From Eutreptiella sp. 'Long Island Sound 2002' (taxonomy: Eukaryota; Protista; Euglenida), in the NCBI GenBank assembly GCA_964036045.1, contig OZ038379.1, positions 22,320,001 through 22,384,000 on the forward strand: a DNA stretch of 64,000 bases, in the 5' to 3' direction. Below the pieces are notes generated by a model, which saw nothing but the letters and a program-made list of their open reading frames with translations, ran no database searches and was not told where the DNA came from. Each line of letters starts with the position of its first letter. Within the stretch, counting starts at the first letter, position 1. The translations under genes and the position numbers were made by a program. Shown here in pieces: positions 58,701-64,000 of this stretch.

Positions 58701-61700
58701 GTGCTGTGTGCCGCATCCTGTGGTGCACGGCGTGCTGTATTCGCTGTGCTGTGCGCTGCACTGCGTGCTGTGCTGTGTGCTGCACTGTGTGCTGCACTGT
58801 GCGCTGTGCTGCGTGCTGCGTCCTGTGGTGCTCTGTGTGCTGCATCCTGTGGTGTACTGTGTGCCGTGCTCTGTGCTGGCAGGGCATGTGCACTGTCGTG
58901 GTGCTGTGCGCTGTGCGCTGCACGCTGTGCTGGTGATGCACCCTGGTGCTGTGCACCGTTCGCCGTTCCCTGTGCCCCTGCACCCGGCCCTGCCTGACCT
59001 GCCTGCCCTGCCTGCCCTGTGGGGAGGGGGGGGGGTTCGGGACCGCAATGGGGGCGGGGTCGCCTGCCCCCCTGTGCCAGCAGGGCAGCCGAAATGCCGC
59101 AGAAAACATCCTGCAGCCCCAGTGCGGCTGTCCCTTGTGGGGAAGGAGGGGGGGGGTCATCTGTCACTGCCGGGCGCGGCGGGCTCGCTCTGCGCGCACG
59201 TCGGGACGCGGGCACCACGTCGCGGTCGGGCGAGGGCGCCTGCCGGGCCAGCCGCCGCGGTTCCAACCTCCGGGCGCGCTGCGAGGGCCTCTCTGGCGCC
59301 GGCAGCGCTGCGGACGCCGGTCTGGCCCGCCCCAGCCATGCCGAGAGCGCGCTTGCCCCCGCCTGGCGGGCCGCCGGTGCCAGCACCTGCCGGCCTGGTG
59401 CCCGTCGCTGCTGGGGGGGCGCCTGCCCCGGCGCCGTGTGCCCCTCGTGCCCCGCGCGGCAGCACCGGCTGATTCCCCAGCCCAGCTGCAGGCAGCGGCG
59501 GCACGAGGGCGAGCCATGTTGCGCGCACCGGGCCCCCACCGACCCTCTGCCCTCGCCCTGCCGCCGCGGGCGCTGCTCTTCCACCCGGGCGACCCCCGGG
59601 ACGTGCTCCCGCCGCGGCCGGCGAGCGTAGGGGAGCAGTGCTGGCCCCCCTCCCGGGGGGCGGGGGAAATAGGTCATGAGGAAGCGTGTCGCCCCCCCCG
59701 GCCGGATGCGGGCTGGCGTGCGCAGGCGTTGCAGCCACGCTTCCTGCAGATGCAGGGCCAAGCCTTGCAGCTGCAGTGCCATGTCCGCCCTAGCCGCGAA
59801 GAACGGCCGCGCCCGCAGCCCCGCACACAGGCGGCCCCCGAGCGGTACGAGTGCCCTTGAAAAACACATAAAGAGGGCATTCGTCTTTTAACGACCATTG
59901 GTATATGTACAGAGGTCGAGGGGCGGGCAGGTGGGCCGAGTCGAGTTCAGGCGCACGTGGCCTCCCCTACAAGCCCCCCGCCTGTGCCTGCACGGCAGCC
60001 AAGAGGGACCAGCTGGATGGGACTAAGTTGCTTCGAGGCTCGCCCTCCCGTGCGCTCTGATGGGCGCCCTCCAGCCCTCATTGCCCAGCCCTGCTGGCTT
60101 ATCGGCCACTCCGCCCCGCCGGGGGGTTAGGAGGCCAGGGCCACCCCGTTGTGCGCTTGCACGCCTCCTTTGGGCCGGCCGCAGGCCGAGGCCCCATGCC
60201 GCTCCCACTGATTCTCCTTGGTCGGGGGTGGGGTGGTTGTGGTCCCCCTCCCCCCACCTGAAAGCCTCCCCCTCGCCTGGGCCCTCCCGTTCGGCAGGCG
60301 GGGCCGGGATGCGCACGCGCCCACCCTGGGCCGGCTGCAGGCCGAGGCCCTGCAGCGCACCCCCTTGAGGGTGGTACAGGGGGGGGAAAAATTTGGGCGC
60401 GGGGAAAAGTTGTTTGGACAAATTTCGAAGCCCTCCCTGGTACCAAATATTTCCTTCAATTTTAAGGATTCTTTGTGCCATATTGAGTCAGGGGGTGCCA
60501 TAACGACACCTTTTTTTTTTTCACTCTGATGTTACAGTTCTGCCAGATCGTGATGTAGCTTAGTTGGTAGTTGCGCTAGGTTCTGGGTCTAAGGGTCCTG
60601 GGCTCAAACCCAGCTTAGGGTATGTTTTTTGCTTCGCTTTTTTTGGCCTTTTTTATGTCTGCACATCTGCATGGCATTTGAACGTCACCTGAACGTCGTA
60701 TTTATGCCCCCCTGCCTGCACTGTGCCTGCACCTGCACCTGGGAGGGAAGGTAACATAGAGATGAGACGCGGTGTCGATTGACACTGTGTTCTCTGTAGG
60801 TCCGCACTGCCGTGGACGTTGGTGTACATCTAGCAGGCTGAGCAATCGGCAAGTGAGGAAATATCAGTAACCATCCAGAGCCCACCAGGAAATAACAGCA
60901 ACCATCCAGAGCCTACCAGGAAATATCAGTAACCATCCAGAGCCCACCAGGAAATAACAGCAACCATCCAGAGCCCAGCCGGAATCCACAATGAACATCC
61001 ACTAGGAAGTAGCAGCAAGGGGCCGCATACCAAATTTTTCCTTCATTTCTAAGGAGCAATACCAATTTTTTACCCCCTTAATTTTGGTCGTCCAAAAAAA
61101 AAACCTCTTAAAATTTCCCCCCCCCCTGTATAATAGTGGAAGTGGCGGGAATCGTTTCTGGTGTCCCTCAACATGCATCCTTATGCAGCCCTGTAGCTGA
61201 TATTTCCTCCCCCACCACCTCGGTCAAAATAAAGCGTAAATTTTGCCGCCATTGCTGCTGAACGTTTTTTCTGAGGGGCCACCAGTGGTCCAAAATCTTG
61301 AAAAAAAATTTCTTTCAAAAAATGTCATGAGGCCCATCAAACTGATCAGCGGAATGTGCTGAACTTGCAGATGTATGTAGAATAATCTTTTTTTTTCAAG
61401 GGCCAAAAGTGGTGAAAAATGGCCAAAATTGGCCGACTGAGTTTCGTCATTGTCATTTCGTCATTTCGGGCGGGTGAGAGGACGCACCCCCCCCCCCCCC
61501 CGTTATATCCGTCCCTGGTGTACAGTGTGTGCCATCATAGTGGACATGTAGTTTTTTTGTCATGAAGCGGCACCATTGTGCGAATGGTGTTTGCAATAAA
61601 ATTCACAATTTCATATGTACAGTGGTGTTGTGTGTGTGTGTCATGTGTCATTGTTGGTGTCGTCATCCTAGATTTCCAGTAATCTGGCGTTAAAAGAGGG

Positions 61701-63355
61701 TGTCGTTGGCCTCATTGGTGAATCGTGACATGGAGTGAGGCAGGCGTGCAAAGTGTTCCGGCAGGACAATTGGTCTGGGTGTCTAGATTCAAGAAAACCT
61801 TGCATGTCACGGTACCCCGGGGGGGGGGGGGTGTTGTAGCAAGTACACTGCTCTGGGTGCTGCATTGAGTAAAGAGTTCGCCTTGGCGTGGATTTTTTTT
61901 GGGCGCTTTTCGGTGGTTTCTTTGGGGGTTTGACCCTAACCCTAACCTGGTGTAGTGAATTTTTTCTTTGAGGATTTGAGGGGTAGGGTAGGGAGAAGTC
62001 TTATTGGGACAGAGCTCACCGAACGGTGCTGGTATCGATTGGGGCTCGTGTTCCTGTTCGTGGCCAGGCTTGGGGGGGCAGGGGCTTGGTATGCGTGTTC
62101 CGGACATGTATTTTCTTGGGTCTGAGCCTATAGCAGGGGTTCAGTCCTATCTCATGGCGCAGCTCCTCTGACTGCGATTCTTTTGGCAAAGGTCCAAAAG
62201 GGAAGTCGCGATGGCACTTGTCAATCCATTGGTCACAATGTGAGTGCACTGTCAACCCGCGAAACCATAAGCCTTTGCACATTTCGGCCCGGTGAAGTGA
62301 GCTCCCAACGCTTCCGCACAACAGCCTTTATGGGGGTTGTATTCAGGGAGGGAACTTAGGTGGGCAATGCTCACCGTATCCAAAATGATCCCCAGTCCCC
62401 CCCCCCCCCCCGGCTGAAGAGATGTGCATATGTGTGAGGCGGAGGGGAATACCGGCTTGAAAGCTCTCGAAAAAGGATTCTACGAGGGGTTGCCCATGCA
62501 CAAGGCTCAGAAAATAGGGTTATGAAGCGATGTAGGCTTTCCTAGTTTTGATCTAGTGACCTCTCCTGATTCTGTTGGGGGTTTGGGGCATTGGGATCAA
62601 AATTGGCTGGTTTAAATTTGGTCACAACAAAAACCCCATGTAGCACATGTGCTGATGTCCAGTCTCGCTCTGCATCACGCTCGTTCTGGCCGTCGACAGC
62701 AATATCGACAGGGCCAGCCGGCCCTGTCGACATTAAAAATTGAAGGGAGGCTGGTTGAGGGTCGTTGACGGCTGATTGATGCCGGAGCCTGACTGGTGTC
62801 TGGGGGCCAAATAATGTGGTTGTGGAGACTTATGATCGGCGACATCAAATCATGGGAGCTGATGGTGTTTTGGGCTTTCACTCATTCCGTGTCATGCAGG
62901 AGCTGAATGCTACGCGCCTGGCCACAGAGTGTCAGGCGAAGGAAGAATTGCAGGGTGTGTACAGACGTGAGGAGCGCATTCGTCGCGTCCAAGGCCGCGC
63001 AGTGCAGCTGAAAGCTGACCTGAGCGTATTCAAGTACAGGATGGAGGTGTGCACTTCGGGATGTGTAAAGGGAGCAGCAGTCATTTTATCAGAGTTCAGT
63101 TGCAAGGTGGGTGGGTCTTAAGCTGGGTGGGAGGGCCCAAAATCTGCCCCCGCCCCCCCCCCCCCTATCATCCCATGGGTCTCCCGGGTTGGTTCCCTGG
63201 CACACCTTCTTTTGCCTGTGTCGAGAAATTTTGTCCAGTTGTATTTGGTTGTTTCAATCCTCTTTATCTTTATGTGGGCATTATGCAGAAATCTCTTTGT
63301 GGTTGTGGGGCTGTTGGTGGTTTGTCTGGGCTAACAGAGAGCACTTGAAGAGTGA
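49704..63355 (+). CDS. Uncharacterised IQ-motif / Pro-Ser-Thr-rich / coiled-coil protein, multi-exon
   Basis: Phase-0 GT-AG chain: 49704-50633, 53342-54010, 54920-55201, 56996-57106, 62900-63046, 63338-63355 (2157 nt, 718 aa plus TGA). Exon 1 ends with the IQ-like ATRIQSAYRVSRARL followed by an Arg-rich helix. Exon 2 is P/A/T/S-rich with PQPK repeats. Exons 3 and 5 are charged heptad-like helices (QLHEIELRMAKL; ECQAKEELQGVYRREERIRR). Exon 4 and the terminal exon are the least certain. Confidence 0.7.
57560..57666. repeat. 25-bp minisatellite, 4 copies
   Basis: The unit gtgtgcaatcaaggtaatgcatgct is repeated 4 times with 1-3 substitutions each. Confidence 0.9.
58203..60055. mobile_element. GC-rich composite element bounded by about 200-bp diverged direct repeats
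   Basis: 58203-58402 and 59858-60055 share the blocks tgaaaaacacataaagaggg, tatgtacagaggtcgagggg, ccccccgcctgtg, agagggac and ctcgccctccc(a/g)tgcgc in the same order. The interior is visibly far more GC-rich than the flanks. Confidence 0.6.
58571..58930. repeat. 12-bp-based minisatellite (gctgcactgtgt / gctgtgctgtgc)
   Basis: About 30 degenerate 12-bp units. They produce the AAHS/TAHS and ALCA periodic translations in the ORF track. Confidence 0.9.
60549..60622 (+). pseudogene. tRNA-derived element (degenerate tRNA / SINE-like Pol III head)
   Basis: A-box-like tagcttagttgg (60556-60567), B-box-like ggctcaaacc (60601-60610), T-arm ctggg/cccag with a 6-nt loop, a weak anticodon arm around ttctgggt, the variable-loop ggtc, and T-runs immediately downstream. 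The acceptor stem does not pair. Confidence 0.6.
60857..60984. repeat. 31-bp minisatellite, 4 copies in alternating A/B variants
   Basis: ggaaatatcagtaaccatccagagcccacca alternates with ggaaataacagcaaccatccagagcc(t/c)a(cca/gcc). Confidence 0.9.
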
Positions 63356-64000
63356 CAAGCATAAGACATGGGGCAAAAGTATGTCGCCTCTCGACTCGCC
63401 CAAGATGAGCTCAGCAAAGGCAGCAGAAACTGTAGCAACAAGTAGCAGCAGCTCCAGCTCCAGTAGCAGCAGCTCCAGTGGCAGCAGCTCCGGCAGCGCA
63501 AGTGACAGCACCACTTCAGCCATTTACAGGACAAGCAGTGGGCAGCAACTGCAGCAATCCGCGACCAACAGTGGCATCAGCTCCCATGGCAACAGTGGCG
63601 ACAGTCCCACGATGAGCATTAGTCGACAGCACAGCGAACCTCAGGAGGTACGGATCCAGCTAACCCCAGCGACAGCAACAAGGCTGCAACACTGACAACA
63701 ACAGATGGCAGACCCAACATAAGAAACGCCGTATCCAAGAAAGACCTCTACACCAATTACCCTGGTCTGTGTCCGGGTTACTTTTTGGGGCAGGGATGCT
63801 TTACCCAGGAGAGCCCCTGACAATTTGAATTAAAAACATGTGCCTCACAGAATGATAAGGGGCTGGATGGACTCCGGGTAGGTCAACTGTCAGGTGTCAG
63901 GTGGGCGGGTTGGATCTCCAGTCGGCGGGTTTCATCCAAAACAGACCCGACCTCCCATAAACAAGGCCTGATTATGACCGTGGCGTGCCGAGGCTTGTTT

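Noticed and set aside
58242-59869. Long overlapping ORFs (499, 319, 304, 251 aa) with AAHS/ALCA repeats
   Set aside because: Nearly all frames on both strands are open because the satellite and GC-rich core lack stop codons; there is no domain signal or splice support.
61934-61948. ccctaaccctaacc telomere-like hexamers
   Set aside because: Only about two units, which is expected by chance.

Overview
Eukaryotic, intron-rich and repeat-rich genomic DNA with no prokaryotic gene architecture. I assembled four spliced protein-coding genes by hand using GT-AG junctions and reading phase. (1) A spinster-like MFS transporter on the minus strand; two exons are visible and the rest lies beyond or is unrecognised near the left edge. 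(2) A kelch-repeat protein on the minus strand, an 11-exon model of about 441 aa. (3) A complete 15-exon cytosolic carboxypeptidase of the CCP6/AGBL4 type (tubulin deglutamylase family, 438 aa) on the minus strand with all M14 catalytic motifs. (4) A divergently oriented IQ-motif, low-complexity, coiled-coil protein of unknown family on the plus strand (about 718 aa). Introns and spacers contain TIR-bounded MITE-like elements, a foldback-like 21-bp array, a GC-rich composite element with 200-bp direct repeats, a tRNA-derived element, degenerate transposase-like frames, minisatellites and more than 30 long G/C homopolymers. An AG shortly before each start codon and the style of the repeats suggest a trans-splicing euglenid-like protist; this is inference and was not checked by search. 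No rRNA, intact tRNA or CRISPR array is supported. I found no clearly novel biological system. The best leads are an inverted copy of MFS exon 1, a TIR element carrying a chromodomain-like frame, and the composite element next to a tRNA-like head.
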